Positions 21,014-32,022 of a stretch of 64,000 nt of DNA are shown piece by piece. How positions within the stretch are numbered: position 1 is the first letter of the stretch; every line of letters begins with the position of its first letter. The DNA is from an uncultured Nitrososphaeraceae archaeon (GTDB lineage: Archaea > Thermoproteota > Nitrososphaeria > Nitrososphaerales > Nitrososphaeraceae). Made by a program: the position numbers and the translations under genes. Under the pieces are notes generated by a model. It was not told the DNA's origin, did no database searches, and worked only from the letters and a program-made list of their open reading frames with translations. The stretch spans positions 64,001-128,000 of the forward strand of contig CAVZZA010000004.1 in NCBI GenBank assembly GCA_963779615.1. The letters run 5' to 3'.

Positions 21014-21144
21014 ATTTATGCCCTTTGAAATGAGTGCAGGAAAATAATACGGGGAAGGGGGAGATGTGGAGAGTGGGGAGGAGGTACTTGAAAAATTATT
21101 GAATTAAAGACACCTTAAATATTCAATAGTTAATCCAATATTTA

Positions 21145-22431
21145 TTGCTAAATAGGGAAACGGCTACGGCAACAACGGCAACAAAGGCTACGGAGTTTGA
21201 TGACACTGAATTGAATGCTAGCATCAAAGGGGATTTTTTGATAACCAAAAAAAAAATCTATTTAAACAATGGGTCCATTGGTCCGGTTCCAGTTTCCACC
21301 ATTAAATCTATTACTGATTTTTACCTGAGATATTCAGAGCAGGGCCCTGATTCAAAGGAATTCAATGACTATCTGGACGATTTAAAAGGAGAGACTAGGA
21401 AAAGAGTGGCTGACTTGATAAACTGTGGCGATGATGAGGTAATCTTTACTCAAAGCACCACAGAGGGAATCAACTTTGTCACCAATGGATTGGCCTGGAA
21501 TAAAGGCAACAGGATATTATTGAGAAACCAAAAAAATGAACACTTTTCAAACTATTTACCTTGGATTAAGGTAGCCAGGGACAAGAACTTGAAAATAGAC
21601 AAGTTCCCCCATACCAATGATAAGGATGGCTTAATTTTAGAGGATTTAAAAGAATCGTTGGAATCTAACGCCCACAGGATTGTGGCCACAAGCCATGTCA
21701 TGTACAACGATGGTTCCATCACCCCTGTAGAAGAAATTGGAAGAATCATCAAAAACAAAAACAGAAAAACATTATTTTTAATAGACGGGGCACAGAGTGT
21801 GGGCGCTGTGGATGTGGATGTAAAAAAAATAAATTGCGACTTTTTAGCCTTTCCGGCCTTCAAATGGATTTGTGGACCTTTGGGAATTGGGGTGTTATAT
21901 GTAAACAAAGAGGTTATGGATGAAATTGAACCAGTGTTTGTAGGGGCGGGATCTGCAAAGGTTGAATTGCATAAAGAAAACAAAACAGCACCGTCCTCCA
22001 AAACAAAGGAAGATCTAAAATATTACAATTACCCTGAAAAATACCACCCCACATTTAGAAATTTTCCGGGTTTGGCCGGGCTTGAATCCTCGATAAGGTA
22101 TTTGCTTCGAATAGGGATGCACAACATTATCCAAAAAAACAAAAAGGTTTCAAATATTTTTAGGGAGGAAATAGCCAAAGTAAAGGATATCGTCATCCAT
22201 GAATCCCCTGAGGAAAATCTGCGTTCATCCATGGTTTGTTTTTCTTTTAGGAGGAACAATAACAGCACAGTCAAGGCGTTGGTTGAAAGACTGCAGGAAA
22301 AGGGGATAATATTGGCTGAGAGGGAGATTGGTTTAAAAAAGATTGCGAGAGCTTCCCCTCACTTTTATAACACACAAGAGGAAATAATCAAAACAGTAAA
22401 TGAAATGAAGTCTATTCTAAACAAAATGTGA
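21145..22431 (+). CDS. Class V PLP-dependent enzyme (desulfurase-like fold, no catalytic Cys motif)
   Basis: YLNNGSIGP, STTEGIN, EHFSN, IDGAQSVG, FKWICGP, RASPHFYN. Confidence 0.9.
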   Translation: MLNRETATATTATKATEFDDTELNASIKGDFLITKKKIYLNNGSIGPVPVSTIKSITDFYLRYSEQGPDSKEFNDYLDDLKGETRKRVADLINCGDDEVIFTQSTTEGINFVTNGLAWNKGNRILLRNQKNEHFSNYLPWIKVARDKNLKIDKFPHTNDKDGLILEDLKESLESNAHRIVATSHVMYNDGSITPVEEIGRIIKNKNRKTLFLIDGAQSVGAVDVDVKKINCDFLAFPAFKWICGPLGIGVLYVNKEVMDEIEPVFVGAGSAKVELHKENKTAPSSKTKEDLKYYNYPEKYHPTFRNFPGLAGLESSIRYLLRIGMHNIIQKNKKVSNIFREEIAKVKDIVIHESPEENLRSSMVCFSFRRNNNSTVKALVERLQEKGIILAEREIGLKKIARASPHFYNTQEEIIKTVNEMKSILNKM

Positions 22432-22457
22432 CATTTGGGTCCATGTTATCTGGGTGA

Positions 22458-22706
22458 TCATTGCTTTTCCCCCTGTCCCTCTATTACAATCATTGTAAGC
22501 GTTGAACGGACTTTATCTATTTTTCTTATGTTCCATGTAATAATTTCCCTTAGTTTATCCATATCATCGGATGAGATTCTCACAATTATATCATAGACCC
22601 CAAAAACACCGTTCACTTCTACTACTTCAGGAACTTGCTTGATTTTTTTTATTATTTCGCTTTCAGAACCTAAATCACAGTTTAATAATACATAGGCAGT
22701 TGGCAT
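22458..22706 (-). CDS. Stand-alone Lrp/AsnC ligand-binding domain protein
   Basis: MPTAYVLLNC...GVYDIIVRI...IRKIDKVRSTLTM; paralog of 2215..2463. Confidence 0.92.
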   Translation of the reverse strand: MPTAYVLLNCDLGSESEIIKKIKQVPEVVEVNGVFGVYDIIVRISSDDMDKLREIITWNIRKIDKVRSTLTMIVIEGQGEKQ

Positions 22707-22896
22707 GAGGAATTTAGTTTAATTAAATTATTAAACTTTTAGAAGCCTTTTTATATATTTTTTTGTTCTTTTCCAAAATTTTATAAATTACAGATAAAAT
22801 AAGAATTATCTTGGAAAAGATCAGGGCCGGTATGCTTTTTAAAAATGGTGTGGTATGCAAATAATTAATAAACCCTTGTAAAAAAATAATTTTAAA

Positions 22897-22980
22897 GCGG
22901 GGGTCGCCTAGCCTGGTAGGGCGTGGGATTGCTAATCCCATGTTCGAAAGAACTCGTGGGTTCGAATCCCACTCCCCGCG
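22897..22980 (+). tRNA. tRNA-Ser(GCT)
   Basis: GCGGGGG/TCCCCGC acceptor, TGGGA-TTGCTAA-TCCCA anticodon arm, long variable arm GTTC-GAAA-GAAC, GGTTCGAATCC T arm. Confidence 0.97.
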
Positions 22981-23216
22981 CTTATCTTGGGAACTATGCA
23001 ATAATGTTAAAAATAATAAAAGCCAAGTTTCTCTTAGAAAAAAAGGGTTGTCTCACAAGCAAGAATATAACGCAGAACAAGACGAAACAGAGCATGATAC
23101 AATATTTAGAAAGACAGATTCCGTAACAAAAACCTGCACCAAAGCCTACTTTAACAAAATTCTAAAAAACCTTGCACAAGAAAGTCCTGAAAATGCAACA
23201 TAATTTGCGATTATAG
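22959..23216 (+). mobile_element. Truncated, frameshifted tyrosine-integrase-like fragment overlapping the tRNA-Ser 3' end
   Basis: GSNPTPRAYLGN/CNNVK...RKTDSVTKTCTKAYFNKILKNLAQESPENAT/ICDY resembles, from memory, the N-terminal region of Nitrososphaeraceae integrases; sits at the core/accessory boundary. Confidence 0.6.
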
Positions 23217-23232
23217 TTTACTCTAGTTGTCA

Positions 23233-23829
23233 TTTACTTTACTTTTGTATTTTGGCTTATAAAGAATCTGTCTGTTTCCTGATCTATAAAAGCAAATATT
23301 ACAAATGTAGTGAAGTCCTTACCAATATCATCTTTATCTGGTACTTTAAACTCAGAATCATATACCTGTTCAAATTCGATTCTATCATCTTCATCAAACT
23401 CCCCTCTTACGATATCTTATGCTTACATCCTTATCTATAAGGTAAATTTCTCTTACTCCTGGATCATCGTCACACTCCAAAACATCACATCTAAAGTCTA
23501 AGTTTATGACATCTCCCCTTTCAGGCGTATCTTGCTATCTGATTCTTCTGAATGTGCTGTTTACTTAAACCCTTCAATATCTCCCTCGTCTTTCACAATC
23601 GACTTCAATTCTGTAATCTTTATGGTTTTGTACAATTACCTTGTTAGGGGCATCAAATTCATCTTTCTCATCATCACTACATTTGTCATTATCGTGGTTT
23701 TCATTATTGCCAACACCATCTGCATATGACTTCACAAAATCAAAATCTATTGATACTGTTGGATAACCGAGATTATCAGTATAGCTATGATGTCGATACT
23801 TTTATTTTCAAGTCGTATTGGCTTTTCAT
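23233..23829 (-). pseudogene. Decayed acidic, probably secreted protein
   Basis: Collinear acidic fragments across several frameshifts/stops: SYADGVGNNENHDNDKC, DVINLDFRCDVLECDDDPG, DIVRGEFDEDDRIEFEQ...TKVK*. Confidence 0.55.
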
Positions 23830-23906
23830 AATATTCAATTATATTTTTCATAATATTTAAAATTATTTAAAATTATCGTAAGATAGTCACAAGATGTGGG
23901 TAAATT

Positions 23907-24374
23907 ATGCATATAAAAGATAATATTTATATATTTTTTCACTATTATATCAATATGTTTAGCATTGTTTTAGCATTGTTAGGATTGTCGGTATTGATGA
24001 CACTGTTAAGCCCAACTATTGCCTTTTCTTCAGAAGATGGCAATGGTGATCATGGAAAAGGATCAGATGTAGATATTCATGTCAACGTAGATTTTTCTAG
24101 TGGTGAGGATAAAAACTGTCTTAACAACTATGTTACTGTTTTCACAATTGAAAATTCAAAAGTACGGTTCACAGATTTTTGTGACACAGAGGAAGAGAAC
24201 GGTGACTTATCATTTGATTTTCAGCTTGGATCAATAGAGAAAGGACAGGTAATCAATGCATGCGCATTTGATGGCAATATACTAGAAGAAGATGGCAATA
24301 ATTTCGGAGGGGTTTGTGATTCCAAAAAGTACCGTGGACAAGAAGAGGTTAAATTTGAATTAGAGTGGAAATAA
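23907..24374 (+). CDS. Secreted acidic Cys-containing hypothetical protein (start probably 23955)
   Basis: Signal peptide MFSIVLALLGLSVLMTLLSPTIAFS; 4 Cys; beta-rich. Confidence 0.75.
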   Translation: MHIKDNIYIFFHYYINMFSIVLALLGLSVLMTLLSPTIAFSSEDGNGDHGKGSDVDIHVNVDFSSGEDKNCLNNYVTVFTIENSKVRFTDFCDTEEENGDLSFDFQLGSIEKGQVINACAFDGNILEEDGNNFGGVCDSKKYRGQEEVKFELEWK

Positions 24375-25049
24375 CGATCCATAAATAATTTTTTCTATAC
24401 GGGCGGCCAATTTAATCAATTGCTTATCTATCTTATCAATTGGCATAACAATAGGTTAAAGATTTAAAAATCGAAAATACAGCATTTTATTTATGACCAA
24501 CATTAGAATGATTTATTCTATTATATAATTTTCATTGAACTATACAATTTAGAGCACTTTCGATCTTTGAACTATGTTATACTCAGCTATTGTATGGGTG
24601 TTTTTTTGATATTGCTGATTTTTTCTTTGCAAAGTTGACTCTAACTTTATCTACTACAAGTATTACCTTACAACAGAAAATAAATTGGATAAAATTGGAA
24701 GTTCGCGTGAGCATTATGAAAAATTAATAGACAACATGAGTTTACATGAATAATAAATTTTTTGTACATATCCACTCTGTTGTTTTTTTGACACCTCAAA
24801 TTTTTATGTGATATTTGATTCTAATACAAAGTGATTGTTTGTTAAAAAATGCAATACAACCACTCTAGCTCAATGATTTCAATCCTTCTCAGTCCCTTGA
24901 AAGCACCGCGAGAAAAAATCCATATAAGTTTTAATCATGTTTCAAGAAAATAGTTAACCAGTTATTTTTTTAATATAAATTAACAAAACAAAATCAGGTG
25001 ACAGTTTTGTTGACCATCTAACAGATCTCTCGATGTTAGTTCTTTATGA

Positions 25050-25079
25050 TAGTCAACTATCGAATCCCATAGTTGACTA
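25050..25079. promoter_or_regulatory. Perfect 11-bp inverted repeat with 8-nt spacer
   Basis: TAGTCAACTAT-cgaatccc-ATAGTTGACTA, about 65 nt upstream of 25145. Confidence 0.5.
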
Positions 25080-25144
25080 GGTAACTTGTATGATCAACAA
25101 TATATTAATTATCTAGTGTTGGTTTATAACATAAAATTATATCG

Positions 25145-25471
25145 ATGAACAAAGGTGAAGACTTAGAGGAAAAGAAATTGTTAGGTTCAGGTGGCTATGC
25201 TTTTGCCAAACTAACAGAGGAAGAGGAAGTCAAAGCCAGTCTCGGGATTAATAAAATATTTTTAGGAAGTGTAGGTAGATTAAATGAAGATAGGTTTTCA
25301 AAGTATTATTGCAATAGATGTGGAAAAGAATATTCAGATTGCCCAATAATAAGTTATGAAAACCCAAATGAAGAGGTAATAGGAGAAGGTATCATTATTA
25401 TTGAAACAGGAGAATACAAATGCAGAATATGCAACAATATAATAGCAATCTATCGTCAATTCAGTAAATAG
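25145..25471 (+). CDS. Zn-ribbon protein
   Basis: YYCNRCGKEY...GEYKCRICNNII. Confidence 0.82.
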   Translation: MNKGEDLEEKKLLGSGGYAFAKLTEEEEVKASLGINKIFLGSVGRLNEDRFSKYYCNRCGKEYSDCPIISYENPNEEVIGEGIIIIETGEYKCRICNNIIAIYRQFSK

Positions 25472-26165
25472 CAAATAACATGATGCATTAAATCTACAAA
25501 TCAACATCTGGACACATTTTCTTTCTCCTGTCGCTTAAGTAAATGAACTTATTAAATTATTTCCTATGGTTTATACTTTTACTTTTTATTTCTTATTTGG
25601 AAGTGCTGCCAAAGCACTATTCTGCAATATTTGTTAAATTATTGTCCTTGATATGCTATCAGATTCAATTAATTGGATGGTGTTGCGAATTAACCTAAAA
25701 TAAATTCGTCATAGATGTAGGGGATGTCACATTTGCCTGTACTGTTATTTTCCATGCTCTTTTTTTGATGCATTTACTATAGAATACAAGTGTTGTTAAT
25801 TTGAAGAGGCAGAAATAACAGTACAGGAAACCCTGATATCCATGATAACCCTGGCATAAAAAATAGGTTTAATTTTCTTTCAATGATAAATAGCATTTAT
25901 CAATTAGTAAAAAATATGCTCCATCAGAATCTATGAGTTATATGCTTCATTAGGTCTGGTAGATTTTTATCATATCTTGTTGTCAAACAATCAATTTTGC
26001 AGTTCAATACCAGTAGCCGATTGGAGTTGCCTAGCCCATTTGGGAGTGGTATTTGAAACAGTTTGACTTTAACAAGGATTTGTCCATAAGAATTAAGGGA
26101 CAAAAACCCTGCTTTGGACTAAGCCTCAAAGGGATTGCGCAAAGTAAAATATCTTGGGACCGTAT

Positions 26166-26799
26166 TTATTCTAGTGTTAGGTTTCCAACAGGCTGAATAT
26201 TTGTAACACACACTACCTCAACATTGTTTTCCGAGTCAAACTTGGGCTCTAGTTTAAATGTTACTACTTTATCTATATTTTTCCCCATTTCAAATGCTAT
26301 AGGTACTATTGCTTAAGCTGCTGGTTGAATTAAAGTTCGTAGGAATTCCAGATAATTCCATGCTTTGATTGGATATGGAAACATTGCCTGGAGATTGGAG
26401 TGTCAAGTCCTTGACCTGAGGATTATTACCGCATTTACTACCATTGCTGTTATCAGATACCAACTTCACAAAGTGATTATGCCAAACGGGGTCACTTGCA
26501 TCCTTTTGTTGCAGGCTATCATAAACACCCATATGAGTCGTAGCTGCAATTACTGACTCAAATCCCTTATCTGAAATAATTGCAACACCCAATGCACCAC
26601 TCGAACCATTCTGATTTATTTCTTTTTCAGATTGCATACTCGAGCTTATTGCCCTATCCATTTTTTTTATTTTAGCGTCAGATAGAGTAAAATTTTCTGA
26701 TGATGCAAATGCAGATATCATCTCTGTATTTTGAAAAGAGATGCACATGATGAGAGTCAATGCAACTCCTGTTGAGTGCATTAATATGCTTTGATACAT
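26166..26799 (-). pseudogene. Secreted hypothetical protein with a frameshift near 26292
   Basis: Signal peptide, ATTHMGVYDS, WHNHFV; continues in another frame as EMGKNIDKVVTFKLEPKFDSENNVEVVCVTNIQPVGNLTLE*. Confidence 0.7.
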
Positions 26800-28112
26800 T
26801 TGAAAACTCTAGGTAAGAATGGATTTATTAACCATGTTTCAATTCTCTAAAGACATTCTCATTAAAGAGAATTGTGGATTTAGTGACCTGTCTCCAATTA
26901 TAATACAATACTTTTGTTGTCTAATGATAAATCCAAAACTTTAAACTTTCTTTTAATTATGAAAAATGGTTTTGATTATTATCAATAAATAAGGTAAAAA
27001 AATAAAATGTTTATCGTTACTCAATGACAGATATTAGTATCAAAGAGACAATAAAGGAGTGATGGTAAGAATGCCAATGTCATTCCCAATAACGGTTACT
27101 CCTTTATTACCGTAGATATGAGTCCCAGTTTACTAACGTTCCAGTGTTTATGACTTGTCCAGGATTTGGCTTGAGTTAGGCTGCGCTTATTTTCTTGTGT
27201 CTATTTGGTTATTTGATAGACATAGTTAGGTAAGCCTAACAATAATATAAAGTTAGCCACAAGTCTCCATTGTTATAATACTGATATAAACCAGAAAAAT
27301 CATACGAATAAAATCAATTCTATAAAGATTTTGTTTATTTGTATGGTTCTGTTCACCCGAGGAAATACTTTTTCTCTGGGTATGTGACAGTGTTATTAAA
27401 CGAAAAAAATATTGTACTTATTCAAAGGTTAGTTTGAGGGGCATTTGTGTTCCATTTAAAGCATCAGATGGTGATGGGGTGGGAGAATATGTCTATAACA
27501 GATTGTCTCCTTTACATATATCAATACCTCTAGAGAATACTATAATCCCTATTGGGAAGAGTGACACATTTTTATATTTTTTGCTCTATAAATTAATTTT
27601 GAAATAAATTATATAGTGAGTATGGCATGTGATCAACAAACAAATGGTTTAACCGATATTCTAAATTCATCAAATAAATAAACTATTTTCAAAAAAACGT
27701 ATTTCTATCAATAGAATCAAAAATGAGAATAGATAGATTATAAATACTGCATATAGTAAATAATAATAAAGATATTCAGACTCATTTGAGTAAATTGGTT
27801 ACTCAAACAATAAGTAATAGAGGTTACATCCGTAGTAATGACAAAAACCTTTATTACTTTTTTAGCTCTTGTACCTTACTGTTCTTTTTGAACAATTGAC
27901 TATAACTCAATTTCTTATTAATGTTTATTCAAATAAGAACTAATTTCCTGTTTAATCGTTGAAGGAGGATTCATTTAATCTGTCATGCTAATCTTTGGGA
28001 CAGTTATAATCAAAATCATTTCCCAAGGGTTGGCTTTAAGCTGTTGTGAATTATACCCAGATATAATTTGAATTATGACCATGCCTCAACTAATTAAATT
28101 GAAATCTAGAAA

Positions 28113-28331
28113 GGCTTGATTGGTGGACTAACCCTATTTCTATATGGAACAATCCCAACGATACACCCACCTAATTTTGGCAGATTATAACCAGCCTATG
28201 AACGAATATTCGTAGTAAGGGCAATAATCGGGGGCTTGGTAATTGATAAAAAAACCGACAAATATAAAATCATCGGTGGAATTACTGTTCTCATAGGCGT
28301 TTCAATAATAATTTACTTTTTCATATCCTAA
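28113..28331 (+). pseudogene. YnfA-family (SMR-like) membrane protein remnant
   Basis: LIGGLTLFLYGTIPTIHPPNFGRL*PAYERIFVV...IDKKTDKYKIIGG matches the YnfA pattern YGxIPTxQPxxFGRVYAAYGGIF; N-terminus lost. Confidence 0.75.
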
Positions 28332-28707
28332 CTATCGTTCTTTTTTGTGTGATTAATTTTAGTAACTTTGTAATTTTTTAAAAGGTTATTATGGCAATAG
28401 CCAGCAATTAGTATGGGTTTCTGACTAATATTATGCAAACAATTTTTGAAGTCATGACATTGACATTAGTAAACGCATTAGGCAAAGTCATAAGAAAACC
28501 GCATTATTTTTATCAGGATAGTTGTAATACCGGATACAAGTGCCTATATTGAAATGAGTATAGCGCAACCCAATACTAATAGGAATTCCGAAAAAGTGAA
28601 TTATATGACATTACATATTCATTTAAATTTAAGAATTATGATGAACAAGGTTATGTTAACTTAGTCAGGATGAAAACTAAAGACATAGAAAATATTTATT
28701 ATTCAAG

Positions 28708-28944
28708 GTGCCTTTATATCTTCTTATGTCTAAAACTACTACAAGTATAGGATGTACTCATTGTGGCCAAATGATTACAATAGGTTCGCCTGACCATACC
28801 CACACAGTAGCTACTCGTACAATGAGATGGGGTTTTGATATGTTTGACTATATTCCTATGAACGTAAAATGTACCAAATGTAATCAGAATAACTTTGTTT
28901 TATGGTATAGGTCGTCGTCAAATCCTTGGTTTAGATTTAACTAG
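28708..28944 (+). CDS. Small Zn-binding protein (start probably ATG 28726)
   Basis: CTHCG...CTKCNQ. Confidence 0.7.
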   Translation: MPLYLLMSKTTTSIGCTHCGQMITIGSPDHTHTVATRTMRWGFDMFDYIPMNVKCTKCNQNNFVLWYRSSSNPWFRFN

Positions 28945-29231
28945 TTTTCTGGTAAAACATCCATCACATTTTTCATCTGTTTAGTGAAATCATAAAGTAC
29001 CTTTTGGCTTTTTTCTGTAATACTTGCAGATGCTTTTAACCTCTTACCATTTAACTCTGAATGACTTTTGACATCGCTCTGTTTCAAGGTTCTTAGATGA
29101 CTTGCCAGGTTACCAGCAGATATTTCTAAAATACAATACAGTTCGGCAAATCGTAATTCTTCATTCCTAAGATGATTGTAACAAATCATACATGAAGTGA
29201 TTTTTTCAGAATTTGAGTGGATTTTAATCAT
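28941..29231 (-). CDS. Winged-helix (HTH_34/ArsR-like) regulator, possibly decayed
   Basis: LRFAELYCILEISAGNLASHLRTLKQ...ITEKSQ; wing appears shortened. Confidence 0.6.
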   Translation of the reverse strand: MIKIHSNSEKITSCMICYNHLRNEELRFAELYCILEISAGNLASHLRTLKQSDVKSHSELNGKRLKASASITEKSQKVLYDFTKQMKNVMDVLPEN

Positions 29232-29479
29232 AAAACAGTAAAAGCGTCAGCAAATGGCGAAGCCAACATCGAATTTACAAACCATGTGTCAAAAGATGGT
29301 GAACAAATTAACTGGATATTCACTAGCAAAAGAATAATAATAAAAACTGTTTTCAAGGAAAAATCATTACTAGGGAATATTCCTGCAATAATATTTTACA
29401 GTAAAGCAAAAGGGTTCAATGACCAAAGTTCTTACTTCCCACTAAATCATCCTCAAATGGAACAGGAGCAAGAGCAGGA

Positions 29480-29775
29480 AACGGAACAAAACAATACCTC
29501 GTCTGTTTCCATGTCCAGGGCGATTGCAACATCCCTAAAATCTTGCCCACTTTGAACAGTTTGAAGGCTCAAGAGTTTATGGATATGCCTTTACCAGACT
29601 ATTCTGAGTTCTCTTCTTCTCCCAGATAGTTTCTGATTATTATCTCGATGTCTTTAGGTGAGAAGTGTGCCCATCTTGGCTGCTATGTCCAATGTATTCT
29701 TTCCCTCTTCGGAGTTTGATTACAAGGTCCGCTTTTTGTTGTGGCTTTAAATTCTTTAGACACCCATACACATAG
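29480..29775 (-). pseudogene. Remnant of a Nitrososphaeraceae double-HTH/coiled-coil hypothetical protein
   Basis: Across frameshifts: KADLVIKL/EEGKNTLDIA/HFSPKDIEIIIRNY...SINS*AFKLFKVGK/DVAIALDMETDEV. Confidence 0.6.
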
Positions 29776-31212
29776 CCAATAAATCTAAAAGGTTTTGATT
29801 CCTTGATTTTTAATGCCAATTTTATGACGCAGTTGATGGACCTAATAACCTCCAATGCCAGTGTGGAGTGATTTGTGTAAGTATGCAAGCCTCATTCAAG
29901 TAAACCCTTTCATATATAGAACTAGGGTGGTATCTCTGCCTTGCCAGCAGCCAAACTACCAGCAACAAAGATACCTTGGCGATAAAAGAGGTTGCTGAAG
30001 GCACTAAACAAGTACTCCTATGTTAGATTTCATTCACTTTTGAATCGCATCCCTAAGGACCCGTCATCCATCGGGTTCAAATAATTTTTCATTTCCAATT
30101 ACCATAGATGGGAAGGAAGGAGACATTTTTTACCTGGAGTTAACAACGAGCATCACAAACAGATAGAGGAGAAGTCAAAGAAACAAGTTGACCGAGAGCG
30201 ACACCGGAATTCTCATTGTCTGACCAGTGTTGACACGACAGAAGGCTACAAAATGGGCTGCCCAGGGTCTTGACAGAATATCCGGAATAGCCTTGTGGTC
30301 TTTTTTAGCCACTGAAAAACATGATGGAGCAGGGAGCTGCTGCTGCTGCTGCCTCCTTTCAGCAATTTGTTGCCAACAGCATGGTACTTTCCTCATCCTG
30401 TTTTATGTACACTATCACCATGCCTCCTCTCAATATGTACGCGCATGATGGTATTTCCTGCTGCCTACTCTTGGATTATGAATGACCGCTGTGTGAGGCA
30501 CCCGCCAAGTATGAGCATCGATCGTCAAAGCAAACGTGGATTGTCTAGATCTCACTCTTCCACGCGAACAAACACCTCCACTTGAATTCCAGGGTGAGGG
30601 GCCTTCGCTTTGGGGTTGCGACGTAACCGTTGTGGGCGTCAAAGGCAGAAAATGCCTCTGTGAGGCAGGGTATGCCTTTCAAAATAAAGGAAAACCCAAC
30701 CATTGCCAAAATGTTTATATATATAAGTATGGGAGGAAGTTGTGTATTTTTATACACCAATGCCCGAGTAATTACCTATTATATATCTATGACTAGAACA
30801 TATATAACGGAATACAGGGAATAGGGCAGGCTTTTGACAAAATCATTCGTTTAGGGATGGGGCGTTTTCTATTGCTACTCACATAGCCCCCTTCCCGGGG
30901 CTGACACAGCATTTTTGGACCTGGCATTCGAAATCCACTCGCCTTGGAGGCAGCAGCAGACCATGCCGCAACTGGTTTGGAGCTGTGATACAGTTATGGT
31001 TGTAAAACTGATCTTTCTGCAATGCACAACATCGACGATGCGGTGGCCGAGAATTTGCATTACTGCTGCAAAAACTTAGGCAAGGCAAGCCCCACTTGCA
31101 AAGATAGCCTGCCTTCAATCCCGGTGACTACCGTATGTGGGTCACTTTCATCGGTAGTGAGTATTATCCATAGCCCCGGCCAAGTGTCTGTCCGAAGATC
31201 CTTCTATTTACG

Positions 31213-31470
31213 TCATACTCTACCGACGAACATCTCAATGCTGGTGATGAGACTGCTGTCTTCTAAGGCGAGGAGTGTGGAGGCTTTGGGGACTTCATCA
31301 GGGATCCCCATCCACCCCAGCGGCGGCGCAGTGATAACGTTGTTTGCCTTTAACTGCTATCTTGGTTCCCCTTTGGATCCATACCGCCGGTCGTCGGTGT
31401 GTCTATCGAACCGGGGCTTAAGGCGTTGACGCGGATCCTGCGCTTGAACACTTCAAACGGGCCAACCGTC
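31213..31470 (-). pseudogene. C-terminal remnant of an SDR oxidoreductase
   Basis: RIRVNALSPGSIDTP.../PLGWMGIPDEVPKASTLLALEDSSLITSIEMFVG. Confidence 0.8.
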
Positions 31471-32022
31471 GGCACGGGGCGAGATAATGAAAGAATAGTG
31501 AAAGGTGGTTGTGGAAGGGAATGACAGCGTGGATTTTGGGACCTGCAATCTACAAGGCCTTGTGGTCTTGCCTCAAGCGGCATGCTCAGTGGTTTATATA
31601 TATATAAGTGAATGCATGCTAGATATACTTATGGGTAATTCATAATAAATTGGTGTCCTTAAAGACACTGCAATTGATTTTGATTTCGGCAGGTCAAAAG
31701 ATGTGGGGCGGTGTCGCGTGCCCTCCTCCACCATAGCCTCTCACTAATGTGCTAATAAGTAAATGGCCCACCGCTTTTGTGCCGCATCCAAAAAGGAAGA
31801 TGTCTCCACTACCAGTCTTTACCATCTGTTGGTTTTGAAATCCTTTTAAAACCATTTAATGGATCTTCTTCAAGGCATTTAAGCTGTTAAAAGTCTCATA
31901 ATAGTCTATCCTCTGAAAAGCCCTAGGCAACTGCTGAAGTGACCGCCTGTCATCACCGCGACACTTTATATTTGCAAAGACACATGAAAGTGCTGAACCA
32001 AAGGTTGTTTATAAGATAAGGT

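Noticed and set aside
6887-21600. Short antisense ORFs inside housekeeping genes
   Set aside because: Fully nested on the opposite strand of well-supported genes, with typical shadow composition.
22723-23001. ORF antisense to tRNA-Ser (and 2785..2967 over tRNA-Phe)
   Set aside because: Shadow ORFs produced by tRNA sequence.
27050-27108. 11-bp inverted repeat (AATAAAGGAGT) as a riboswitch
   Set aside because: No match to the fluoride or TPP consensus and no downstream gene; may be a coding remnant.
30175-31429. Many overlapping 60-135 aa ORFs in the GC-richer block
   Set aside because: Expected by chance at higher GC; no motifs except the SDR remnant.
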